A DNA stretch of 34,656 bases from IMG/VR virus record IMGVR_UViG_3300018080_000100. The stretch is one strand, 5' to 3'. Position 1 is the first letter of the stretch. Every line of letters starts with the position of its first letter. Both the position numbers and the translations under genes were made by a program. Shown here piece by piece: positions 25,300 through 32,629 of the stretch. The DNA is from a virus. A model generated the notes under the pieces. It was not told the DNA's origin. It saw only the letters and a list, made by a program, of their open reading frames with translations, and searched no databases.

Positions 25300-26092
25300 A
25301 TGGGAGTCTGAATCGCTTGCACCGGATGCTATTCAGGAACGTGGCCATGACAGCCGGGTCGCTCCGAAGCCATCCGGGCGGATATTTGAAAATACCTCCG
25401 ATCAGCTTTGCGATCGTGAAGTCGCGCGGACGCTTGACGACCCGGAACGAGTCGCCGAGGTCTGCGTTCCAACCTGCTGGCATTACTGCCACGCAGCTGT
25501 GCATTCGCAGCCACCGGCCGCAGCTACCGTCCTTTGCCGTGGCCTTATAGACCAGCGGAGACAACGTGTACCAGTAGAAGCCGCCAAGGGCGTCCTTCAT
25601 GTACTTGTCGCGGAACTGCTTCGGAAACCAGCGCTCCGTCATGAACACTTCGTCAAGGCTGGTGGTCAGCCCACCATCCGCGTCGAAGTAAATGTCCCGA
25701 TGCTCCGTGCAGGTGTGCCGGTAGGTCACCAGCGTCGCCTTCCTGCGGCGTACCAGGTCACTCACCTTAGTGTAGATACTGCTGACACGCCTGGAGAAGC
25801 ACCAAGGACAGATGATTAGATTACACGTGGTTGTCCACGGGTCGACGTGGACGCAGCACACCGGGCAGTTGTGCGCGAAGACGAGCTTGCTGGTGCTGAT
25901 CTGCGCCCATTCATGCCGCGCAAGCTCTGCGCAGCGCATACGCCAGATCCCTCGCGCCTCCTGCAGCTTCGGTATGAGCCCATAGGGATAGGGCTTAACC
26001 TCGCCTACGATCGGCGCGACGGTTGAAAGATATTCACACAGCATCCGCGGGGATTCTGATGGAATACTCAGCTTGGCATCAATCGTCCTCAT
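25262..26092 (-). CDS. hypothetical Cys/His-rich protein (276 aa; multiple CPxC, CxxC pairs)
   Basis: Track ORF with the ATG at 26092. It overlaps the upstream stop by 14 nt. It is a possible zinc-binding protein. Confidence 0.6.
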   Translation of the reverse strand: MRTIDAKLSIPSESPRMLCEYLSTVAPIVGEVKPYPYGLIPKLQEARGIWRMRCAELARHEWAQISTSKLVFAHNCPVCCVHVDPWTTTCNLIICPWCFSRRVSSIYTKVSDLVRRRKATLVTYRHTCTEHRDIYFDADGGLTTSLDEVFMTERWFPKQFRDKYMKDALGGFYWYTLSPLVYKATAKDGSCGRWLRMHSCVAVMPAGWNADLGDSFRVVKRPRDFTIAKLIGGIFKYPPGWLRSDPAVMATFLNSIRCKRFRLPFGYFKRVKSNSC

Positions 26093-26423
26093 CCACGTCG
26101 TCCGTGACCTCTGGTGCGCCCGTTAAGAACGGTCGGATTACGATATCGTCGAGTTCGTCTACCGCGTGGCGCACCTCCGCAAGTGAACCGCCTGCGAAAA
26201 CTACTTCACGCGCATCGTGATCCCAGGCCAGATAAACCTCTTCGCCTGGGCAGTTGAGATCTTCGCAAAGCCTATCGATTTGCTCGAGAGACATCACCGT
26301 GATCTCTGCCATTTGCACGACCCCGTCTAGCAGGATCGGCCCCGTCTCCTCCAACGCCCGCTGGAGCATCCTAAGTCCGGTTAGGATGTGTGCTAGGCCT
26401 TGGTCATCCACCTCCAGTAACAT
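26079..26423 (-). CDS. hypothetical protein with acidic C-terminus (114 aa)
   Basis: The preferred start is the ATG at 26423 (MLLEVDDQG), with a GGAGGA SD 6 nt upstream. The track start is at 26456. Confidence 0.6.
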   Translation of the reverse strand: MLLEVDDQGLAHILTGLRMLQRALEETGPILLDGVVQMAEITVMSLEQIDRLCEDLNCPGEEVYLAWDHDAREVVFAGGSLAEVRHAVDELDDIVIRPFLTGAPEVTDDVDEDD

Positions 26424-26616
26424 TGGTATCCTCCAATGGACGCGCCCTGTCAACACCCTTCAGGGACAGCCTGAAGAAGCGTAAGAGTTCGCTGTCCTCC
26501 AAATGTCCCTTCCAGTACGCGTCCTTTATCCAGTTGCGTAGCTGTTCAGCGGGAATGTCGTCCAGCCAGTTAACAAATTGTTCCATCGACGCCGCGCGTG
26601 CGGGATCTATTGGCAT
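26404..26616 (-). CDS. small hypothetical protein (70 aa)
   Basis: An AAGGAG SD lies 7 nt upstream of the ATG at 26616. It is the first gene after the terminator at 26632-26663. Confidence 0.45.
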   Translation of the reverse strand: MPIDPARAASMEQFVNWLDDIPAEQLRNWIKDAYWKGHLEDSELLRFFRLSLKGVDRARPLEDTNVTGGG

Positions 26617-26631
26617 GTGTGGCTCCTTAGC

Positions 26632-26663
26632 AAAAAACCCCGGGCGCCCGAAGGCGCCCAGGG
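26632..26663 (-). terminator. Rho-independent terminator (minus strand): CCCTGGGCGCC-ttcg-GGCGCCCGGGG followed by TTTTTT
   Basis: The plus strand reads AAAAAA CCCCGGGCGCC cgaa GGCGCCCAGGG. A 7+3 bp GC stem with a 4-nt loop is followed by a 6-T run in the minus sense. It lies immediately downstream of the stop of gene 26677..27381. Confidence 0.7.
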
Positions 26664-26676
26664 CCCATGAGTTCCG

Positions 26677-27381
26677 CTACGCCTCGATCAGCGCGGCCGT
26701 ACGTCTCTCGACGGCTTCGTCGATCATCCGCTTAGCGCTTACCAACGCCGCAGCAGCCTCGATGGGCGCCGTCTGTTGCAACGACGTTGCCGTACCGAGC
26801 ATGCGCTCGCCGTGCGCGATGATCTCGCCGGTCGTCAAACCGGACAGGTCGACCACGTTGACATCACTGCTGGGTGCGACGATGCGATCGTCTACCGTCG
26901 GCGACGCGCTCGCGGGAGTCGCTTCGGGCGCGTCGTCGCGGATCGGCTTGATCCGTCGTGGCACGGGCTGGCGGGCGGCCCAGCTCTTGGACCTGTGCGA
27001 CTCTACCAGCTCCGGGTCGTGGCCTGCGGCGATGCAGGCGTCCATCGCCTCGGTGTGCGTACCGCGATGCAGATGCTTCAGCCACCACTGGCGCAACCAG
27101 CGCGAAGCGGCCGTCAGGCGCGGGTCGTCGAGACCGTTGGCCTTGCCGTTCTTCTTCGCGTTGCGCGTCTTTGTCAGTTTGCTACGCGCTGCGCGCAGCT
27201 TGCCGGCTTTGTTCAGCAGCCAACGCACAGCGTGTGACCGCTTCAACAGATACTCCTCGTCCTCGTTCTCGAAGCCGTGCTTCTGCAGGTAGGCGACCGC
27301 TGTCGGATGCTCGTCGTCGGGGTGAGCCAACCAGAACTTCTCCAACGCGATCGTCAAAGGCTGCTTTTCCTTACGTGCCAT
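26677..27381 (-). CDS. hypothetical protein (234 aa), basic Lys/Arg-rich middle region
   Basis: The start is refined to the ATG at 27381 (MARKEKQPLT), with a GGAGGTG SD 4 nt upstream. The track start is 27432. Confidence 0.65.
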   Translation of the reverse strand: MARKEKQPLTIALEKFWLAHPDDEHPTAVAYLQKHGFENEDEEYLLKRSHAVRWLLNKAGKLRAARSKLTKTRNAKKNGKANGLDDPRLTAASRWLRQWWLKHLHRGTHTEAMDACIAAGHDPELVESHRSKSWAARQPVPRRIKPIRDDAPEATPASASPTVDDRIVAPSSDVNVVDLSGLTTGEIIAHGERMLGTATSLQQTAPIEAAAALVSAKRMIDEAVERRTAALIEA

Positions 27382-27436
27382 GAGACACCTCCATAGGAAA
27401 AAGGTTACGGCGCTGCGCATAGGCAGCACCACGTGT

Positions 27437-27733
27437 TCACCAGTGATACTGGCGAAGGAAATCGCAGATCGGGCCGTCGGCGTCGATCCGCACGAAATCT
27501 ATCTCGTGGCTGTGCGCCACAGACAGTATGTGTCCCACCGAGGGACTGAAGCCAAAGTCGTTAAGGGTCTCTAGGATGCCGTCGCCGAAATCGTCCGGTA
27601 CACCAACCCAGAAACCCTCAGGGTATTCCTCTACACCTAGATCTGCACACTGGCCTAGCGCATTCGCGTCTTCGGCAGTGATATGACAGGTGTTGATCGT
27701 CCAGAGTCGACGAATATCTAGCGGTTCGGTCAT
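27437..27733 (-). CDS. hypothetical acidic protein (98 aa)
   Basis: The ATG at 27733 overlaps the stop of the pilin-like gene as ATGA. Confidence 0.5.
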   Translation of the reverse strand: MTEPLDIRRLWTINTCHITAEDANALGQCADLGVEEYPEGFWVGVPDDFGDGILETLNDFGFSPSVGHILSVAHSHEIDFVRIDADGPICDFLRQYHW

Positions 27734-28155
27734 TGCATTAGCTCCCGTACCGCATCTTCGTCGCGCGAATCGACGTCGATCTCAGTCACTGTGCCGTTCG
27801 CAATGTCGTTCGACATCACGGACAAGAGGCGCCCCCTGGGAGCTACATTGCCTTCATACTGTATAATTCCCTGAATTTGCGCTGCCTTGAGGCGTACTTT
27901 GCGCACCTGCGCTACAAGCGAAAGACAATCAGCGTCAGCCGCCTTCACATAGAAATGGTGCCGACTATCGATGACACCTTCCCACTGAGCCTTGGCTGCG
28001 ACATACTGTAAGCGCGTTACCGGACCGAACACTTCCTCGGTACGCGTAGTGTGTCCGACAGAGAACTTGCCGATCGCGCCGACGAGCAGCGAAGCCAATA
28101 TCCCCACGATCGCGATGACTACTAGTAGCTCTACAACGGTAAACGCTCGACGCAT
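27730..28155 (-). CDS. prepilin-type N-terminal cleavage/methylation domain protein (type IV pilin / pseudopilin-like), 141 aa
   Basis: The N-terminus MRRAFTVVELLVVIAIVGILASLLVGA matches the class III signal peptide / N-methylation motif ([G/A]F-T-hh-E-hhhhhhh...). An AAGGAGG SD lies 7 nt upstream. Confidence 0.75.
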   Translation of the reverse strand: MRRAFTVVELLVVIAIVGILASLLVGAIGKFSVGHTTRTEEVFGPVTRLQYVAAKAQWEGVIDSRHHFYVKAADADCLSLVAQVRKVRLKAAQIQGIIQYEGNVAPRGRLLSVMSNDIANGTVTEIDVDSRDEDAVRELMQ

Positions 28156-28282
28156 TTGGAGCCTCCTTTTTGCTCATGAGATCAAGATTGAAACTACCCA
28201 GCCTGCCTATCCTCGCTGAAGCCCGTGGAATCTCGAGACAGCGAGGTGTGGTTGAGTGTACTTGTAACCTGTTGTCCGACAA

Positions 28283-28361
28283 GGACTTAGGTCAACACCC
28301 CTCGAATGGCGGTTAGCTCTTAGAAAATGTATATCTAAGTCCTCATTACATTCGGACTTAG
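28283..28361. repeat. three copies of the octamer GGACTTAG: direct copies at 28283-28290 and 28354-28361, and an inverted copy (CTAAGTCC) at 28335-28342
   Basis: Seen directly in the 290 nt AT-richer non-coding region between the membrane-protein gene and the pilin-like operon. It is a candidate operator/promoter region for the pilin-like operon. Confidence 0.4.
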
Positions 28362-28446
28362 AAACCCGCCTCGGCCGGATATTCTATCCGTCCTTCTCCG
28401 GGGTGGTAGTTTTGAAGACTATTTGGGGGTATCGGAGAAATAGGTA

Positions 28447-28983
28447 TCAGTGTCCTGCCTTAGCACTAGCAATTACCAGACAGACAGCTCCAGCTGTCGC
28501 CATGATACCCGTCACCCAAAAGCCCATGCACCAGGCTACCTGGCTGGGGTAAACGACAATGTTTGGCGGTAGCGTGACCTCCACGCCCTCGCTGTCATCG
28601 TCCAGGAGCGTCTCTCGTAGTTTCATCAGTTGGTTGGACACCGTCAAGGGGTCCGCGTCGGTTGGGAACGCGCGCAACTCGTCCAGCGCTGACTTCACAT
28701 TGTTGTGCCAGAAGGTCACATCACAATCAGGGGTATACCACAATACGTGTGAGCGCCCTGTCGTGCAGCCGCGCCGGTTCATTCCTTCGAGCGCCGCCGT
28801 CAGCTCTGTCTTGGCCATCTCGATCGAGTTGGCATCCGCGGCGCGCTTCAGTCGCCCGCCAACATCTTGATCGAATCCGATCTCCATGACAAAGCGTGTG
28901 ACTACCATGGCTAGCAGTGGTACGCACAGTACGCACCCACCAATGAACCATCCACCAGCTCCGCTACTCCGTCTGTAACTCAT
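28447..28983 (-). CDS. predicted membrane protein with N- and C-terminal hydrophobic helices
   Basis: Hydrophobic stretches are WFIGGCVLCVPLLAMVV and FWVTGIMATAGAVCLVIA. The preferred start is the ATG at 28983, with an AGGAAGGA motif upstream. The track start is 29025. Confidence 0.6.
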   Translation of the reverse strand: MSYRRSSGAGGWFIGGCVLCVPLLAMVVTRFVMEIGFDQDVGGRLKRAADANSIEMAKTELTAALEGMNRRGCTTGRSHVLWYTPDCDVTFWHNNVKSALDELRAFPTDADPLTVSNQLMKLRETLLDDDSEGVEVTLPPNIVVYPSQVAWCMGFWVTGIMATAGAVCLVIASAKAGH

Positions 28984-29362
28984 CGTGTATCCATCCTTCC
29001 TGTACGGACCAGATGATCCGTTCAATGTTCAAATCGTCGGCCAGCAGGACCGGCGACGGACTGTGTTCTTTGGGACGAAGGCCGCGCGCACGACAACGTG
29101 CGATCGCCTTCGGTTCTAGGTTCTGAAACTTGTATAGGTAGTCCATCGCGTCTGCGTGGTGTCGAAACACGTGCCAGCCGGATAGATACCATGTCTTAGA
29201 TGTGCCGTCGCGTACGCGCTTCTTCGCGGCGACCATCCACTTGTTCACAGGCATGACCTTTGAACCGGCCAGGCCATGGAACAACGTCTTGATATTGCCA
29301 TCGACGATGTCGACTATCTTGTAGACGACCTCGCCTGGTGCGGCGCTAACCCGATTGGTCAT
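28964..29362 (-). CDS. hypothetical protein (132 aa)
   Basis: Track ORF. It overlaps the ndk stop by 17 nt and the next gene start by 20 nt. Confidence 0.5.
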   Translation of the reverse strand: MTNRVSAAPGEVVYKIVDIVDGNIKTLFHGLAGSKVMPVNKWMVAAKKRVRDGTSKTWYLSGWHVFRHHADAMDYLYKFQNLEPKAIARCRARGLRPKEHSPSPVLLADDLNIERIIWSVQEGWIHDELQTE

Positions 29363-29774
29363 AGAACCCGGGGAAGAAGATACGTATCTCGCGCTCCGCC
29401 TCTGGCGCGCTGTCGCTGCCGTGGATGACGTTCCGGCGATAGTTCTCGCCGTAGTCTCCGCGGATGGTGCCGGGTAGCTTCTGCGGCTTGGGCGCTAGCG
29501 GCGCACCTATCAGCTCGCGCACGACCGCAATGGCATTCTCATGCCGGTGGTCAACGACCATCACCCAGCACAGTCCGCTGACCATGAAGTCGATCAGTCC
29601 GTCGATCCACGTCTCATGGGCGAACTTCTGGTAGAGATCATTGGCCTGCCGTCGCGTCATGAGGATCAGCTCGCCCTTAATGAAGAAGCAGCCGCGGTCG
29701 CGTAGCTTCGTCATAAGGATCCCGTCGATATTCCTCTCGACCGCGTCCGGCTTGATGATTACGAGGGTTTCCAT
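29346..29774 (-). CDS. ndk: nucleoside diphosphate kinase
   Basis: It has IIKPDAV at the N-terminus, GTIRGDY, and the active-site NVIHGSDS motif. Its length of 142 aa is typical. A CAGGAGAACAAAAT SD/spacer precedes the start. Confidence 0.9.
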   Translation of the reverse strand: METLVIIKPDAVERNIDGILMTKLRDRGCFFIKGELILMTRRQANDLYQKFAHETWIDGLIDFMVSGLCWVMVVDHRHENAIAVVRELIGAPLAPKPQKLPGTIRGDYGENYRRNVIHGSDSAPEAEREIRIFFPGFYDQSG

Positions 29775-29804
29775 ATTTTGTTCTCCTGATCAAAATTGGC
29801 CGCG

Positions 29805-30053
29805 TCAGCCTTTACGGGTTCCCGCTGCTCTGCCGCGCCTGATCGGTGATTGTTTCAATCCGATGGTGCGTACGATCGCAGGGCAGAACTCTTCGTCCGC
29901 CCCGATCTGTGCGCGTGGGCGCACACATCGCCGACAAAAGAACGCACCATTGGCGAGCTTGCACGCAGGTGCGCCGCAGTTGCTGCAGACCTTATCGGCA
30001 AACGCTTCCGCAATCAGTTGTTTGGTACTGGCATCCGGTTCCAGTCCTTGCAT
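29805..30053 (-). CDS. small zinc-ribbon protein (CSNCG...CRRC), 82 aa
   Basis: The start is refined to the ATG at 30053 (MQGLEPD), with an AAGGAG SD upstream. The track's upstream extension is Arg/Ser-rich and untrusted. Confidence 0.55.
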   Translation of the reverse strand: MQGLEPDASTKQLIAEAFADKVCSNCGAPACKLANGAFFCRRCVRPRAQIGADEEFCPAIVRTIGLKQSPIRRGRAAGTRKG

Positions 30054-30065
30054 TGTGGCTCTCCT

Positions 30066-30163
30066 TAGTTGGACGAAAAAGCCCCGGGCTGTACTTGTCC
30101 AGCTTGAGCGTAACCGCGACAGTGTTGCCGAGTTCGCTGATTGCTGTCGAAGCAGCCCGGGGC
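30066..30163 (-). terminator. 11 bp GC stem (GCCCCGGGCTG / CAGCCCGGGGC) closing a ~70 nt loop, followed on the minus strand by TTTTT; possible terminator or structured RNA element
   Basis: It sits in the 220 nt non-coding gap between 30274 (upstream stop) and 30053 (next start). The long loop is atypical for a simple terminator. Confidence 0.35.
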
Positions 30164-30273
30164 GTCCGCAGCCAGCATTAACTCCCGTCTCTGCCGGCCT
30201 TAGTTTGTAGGGAAGCGGAGCGTTCATTGCATTTGGTGGGCGTAGCGCCCCGCCTCCCTCAGGAAGTCGTCCG

Positions 30274-30705
30274 TTAGGACGGCTTGGGTTTCTTCTTGGG
30301 CAGAGGCGTTAGCGCCCTGACGAGCGCGGAGCCTTCTGTCCCGTATTCTTCTCGGACGGCCGCCAGCAGCTGCCCGTTAGATTCGACAAGATCCTGACGA
30401 AACTTCTCGACATCCAGCCCGCGCACGCTGTCGATCCAGTAGTCTTCAAGCTCGCACTTGAATACTTCTCGGAACTTCTTACACTTTTGCATGCGCGCGA
30501 CGCCGAGCCTTAGTACCTTTTCCTTTACGCCTGGCAGGAGCTCGGGTCTTCTTGGATCGGCCGGCTGCTTTTTTGGCCTTCCGCGCTTCTTCTTTGTCCC
30601 GGGCTCGCAAGACTTTTGCGTAGTTCGCTTGGCTGTACTCGTCGAACTCCGGGAACTCGTGCGTCGGTTGCCAGTCTTTCTTGTCGTCTGATCGGAGCTT
30701 GCCAT
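30274..30705 (-). CDS. hypothetical protein; the 5' half overlaps the gene 30479..31558 in another frame (real gene may be 30274..30492)
   Basis: Track ORF. The N-terminal part is extremely basic with an AT-hook-like KKKRGRPKK. The C-terminal 73 aa (from MQKCKKF) look like an ordinary small protein. Confidence 0.35.
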   Translation of the reverse strand: MASSDQTTRKTGNRRTSSRSSTSTAKRTTQKSCEPGTKKKRGRPKKQPADPRRPELLPGVKEKVLRLGVARMQKCKKFREVFKCELEDYWIDSVRGLDVEKFRQDLVESNGQLLAAVREEYGTEGSALVRALTPLPKKKPKPS

Positions 30706-31558
30706 TTCGAATCCTTATCTCCGCGTCCATAAAATTACAGAAGCGGGCTTGAGTATCACTGTAGCCTCCACTCTTGTAGAAGGCCTTCCGTGATCGTGCT
30801 TCGCGTGCCTTCCATTTCTGCTTCAGCTCCCGGAACGCCGGGTGCTGCCGGTAGGAATGCTTGCCGAAGACAAACACGAAATACTTGATCGTCTCTAGAA
30901 ACGTCCAGCAGACAGAGTACCGCGAGTAGTATCTGTCGTTGGACTCGTAGCTGAGAGATCCTATATACTCCCGCACAAGCTGGCGCATCGCCCACGTGGC
31001 GTGGGAGATGTCCTGGCACTTGACGGCAGCATTCTTGGCTCGCGTTGCCGCAGCCTTGCGCGCCCGCAAAACACCCTTCGGATTGTAACGAACCTCTTTG
31101 ATACGCGCATGCCAGTTCCCGCCGCGCACCTGGAGCGAGCAGCCCTCTGCGGCCCAGTCGAAGCCGCCTTCGCGCGCCGGATCGTAGTCGAGCTTGCAGC
31201 GCACTGCCCCCAGCTTCTTAGCCAGGGCCAGCACTTCGAGGTTGTCGTCACCATCGTAGAACTGGTCATCCAGCGGCGACACGCGCAGACGCGTTCTTCG
31301 CACGTACGAGCCACGCTCGTACGTTCCCTGCGATTCCCGCACCACACGTGTCAGCCGCGGATCCGACGGCGGATAGCGGACGTCCAGCGCCGCTTGACAG
31401 TCCGTCAACGTCTCTCCAAAGATGACGTCGTGAATGTCATACTCCAACGCTGTCTCTTCGTCCTTGAATGACCGCCAATAGTCAGGGTTGTCTTTGTCAC
31501 GGACGATTCCGACGCATGTCTCGTCTTCGTCGTAATAGCCCATACAGCTAGTTGACAC
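30479..31558 (-). CDS. hypothetical protein (359 aa) with Lys/Arg-rich C-terminal tail
   Basis: Track ORF with protein-like composition. The N-terminus is acidic (YYDEDETC). The tail ARKAKKAAGRSKKTRAPARRKGKGTKARRRAHAKV suggests nucleic-acid binding. Confidence 0.65.
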   Translation of the reverse strand: MSTSCMGYYDEDETCVGIVRDKDNPDYWRSFKDEETALEYDIHDVIFGETLTDCQAALDVRYPPSDPRLTRVVRESQGTYERGSYVRRTRLRVSPLDDQFYDGDDNLEVLALAKKLGAVRCKLDYDPAREGGFDWAAEGCSLQVRGGNWHARIKEVRYNPKGVLRARKAAATRAKNAAVKCQDISHATWAMRQLVREYIGSLSYESNDRYYSRYSVCWTFLETIKYFVFVFGKHSYRQHPAFRELKQKWKAREARSRKAFYKSGGYSDTQARFCNFMDAEIRIRNGKLRSDDKKDWQPTHEFPEFDEYSQANYAKVLRARDKEEARKAKKAAGRSKKTRAPARRKGKGTKARRRAHAKV

Positions 31559-32198
31559 CCAGCAGCTTGATGCCGTCGGCGAGCTGTCCGTCGAGCATCT
31601 CGACCAAGGCCTTGCCGTCGTCGCTGGCCATCAGGCGCTGCTCGGCCACTGCGGCCTTCGCACGGCGCTCCAAGGACGGCAGGTCAGCGAGCTTGCGCCG
31701 CTGCTCGAGCCAGTCCTTCTTGTTGGCCGCTTGCGCCTTCTCTGCCGCCTTGACTTCGGCGAGCGCTGCCTTGACGGCCGCGGACATCCGAATGGTCTGC
31801 TTGACCGTCCAGTTGATGCGCGGCTTCTCGCCGGTGATGCACAGATGGCAGTCCACCTCGCCTTGGCCGCTGCGGGCCTTCTCGCGATGACCGCCGCACT
31901 GCGTATCGACCTGCAGGCACTTGACCTTGAGCTCTTCCGCAGCGCGCGTGAGCTGCGCAGCCGCCGTCTGGAAGTGCTGGGCCGCGGCTTCGTTCAGCAC
32001 GCCGTCACGCGCCAGCACCGTCTCGTTTACCGCGTCGGTAAGCTGTTTGTCGGCCTTCTTGCACCTGTTGATCTCGCCTTTCAGGTGCTCTTCGGCACGG
32101 GACATCAGAATCGCAGCGACGTCGTCCTTATCCAGGTTGACTGCCACTTGGACTAGCTCTGCGGACACGGGTAGGTTCTCTTTGTTGGCTTCCGCCAT
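31548..32198 (-). CDS. hypothetical coiled-coil protein with CxxxC...CxxC pair (217 aa)
   Basis: The start is refined to the ATG at 32198 (MAEANKENL), with an AGGAG SD 8 nt upstream. The track start 32276 gives an unlikely Ser/Thr/Gly leader. Confidence 0.6.
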   Translation of the reverse strand: MAEANKENLPVSAELVQVAVNLDKDDVAAILMSRAEEHLKGEINRCKKADKQLTDAVNETVLARDGVLNEAAAQHFQTAAAQLTRAAEELKVKCLQVDTQCGGHREKARSGQGEVDCHLCITGEKPRINWTVKQTIRMSAAVKAALAEVKAAEKAQAANKKDWLEQRRKLADLPSLERRAKAAVAEQRLMASDDGKALVEMLDGQLADGIKLLGVN

Positions 32199-32202
32199 TA
32201 TC

Positions 32203-32514
32203 TCAACTCCTGCGGTGGTTGTCGTAGCGCTTGCGCCAGAATTCCCACCATACCTCAGACTCAGTAACAAAATCATAGGGGTTCATAGCCGCAGCGATGC
32301 CGCGCGGCCCTACAACGATGACCTGATAGCCACCGCTAACCCTGATCGCCCGATCCGACACGACCACGTACTCCGTGGCTGCCGGCGTTGGCGTGAAGCG
32401 AAAGTATACTACGTCGCCTAGGCGCAGCACATGTCCATCGTGAGTCCTTACATCATCGTTCGGCAGTTTCGTCAGTTCGACGTCCGGACAGTGATTGATC
32501 TGGTACTCGGACAT
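32203..32514 (-). CDS. hypothetical protein (103 aa)
   Basis: It is the first gene of the minus-strand transcription unit that leaves the divergent AT-rich region at 32515-32629. Confidence 0.55.
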   Translation of the reverse strand: MSEYQINHCPDVELTKLPNDDVRTHDGHVLRLGDVVYFRFTPTPAATEYVVVSDRAIRVSGGYQVIVVGPRGIAAAMNPYDFVTESEVWWEFWRKRYDNHRRS

Positions 32515-32629
32515 GGGTTCCTCCTAAATTTTAGAAATGCACCTTTGCGATCCCACGCAAATATGGTAGACTTTTAATATCGTGCAAGTGTGGCACGACG
32601 TCAGTTTCCAGTTCAGCATAGGAATCGTA
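32515..32629. promoter_or_regulatory. divergent promoter region (strand switch), locally AT-rich: TAAATTTTAGAAATG...TATGGTAGACTTTTAATATCG
   Basis: It is the only place where coding switches from minus to plus. It holds several TATAAT-like hexamers (TATGGT, TTTAAT, TAATAT) and a visible drop in GC. Confidence 0.4.
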
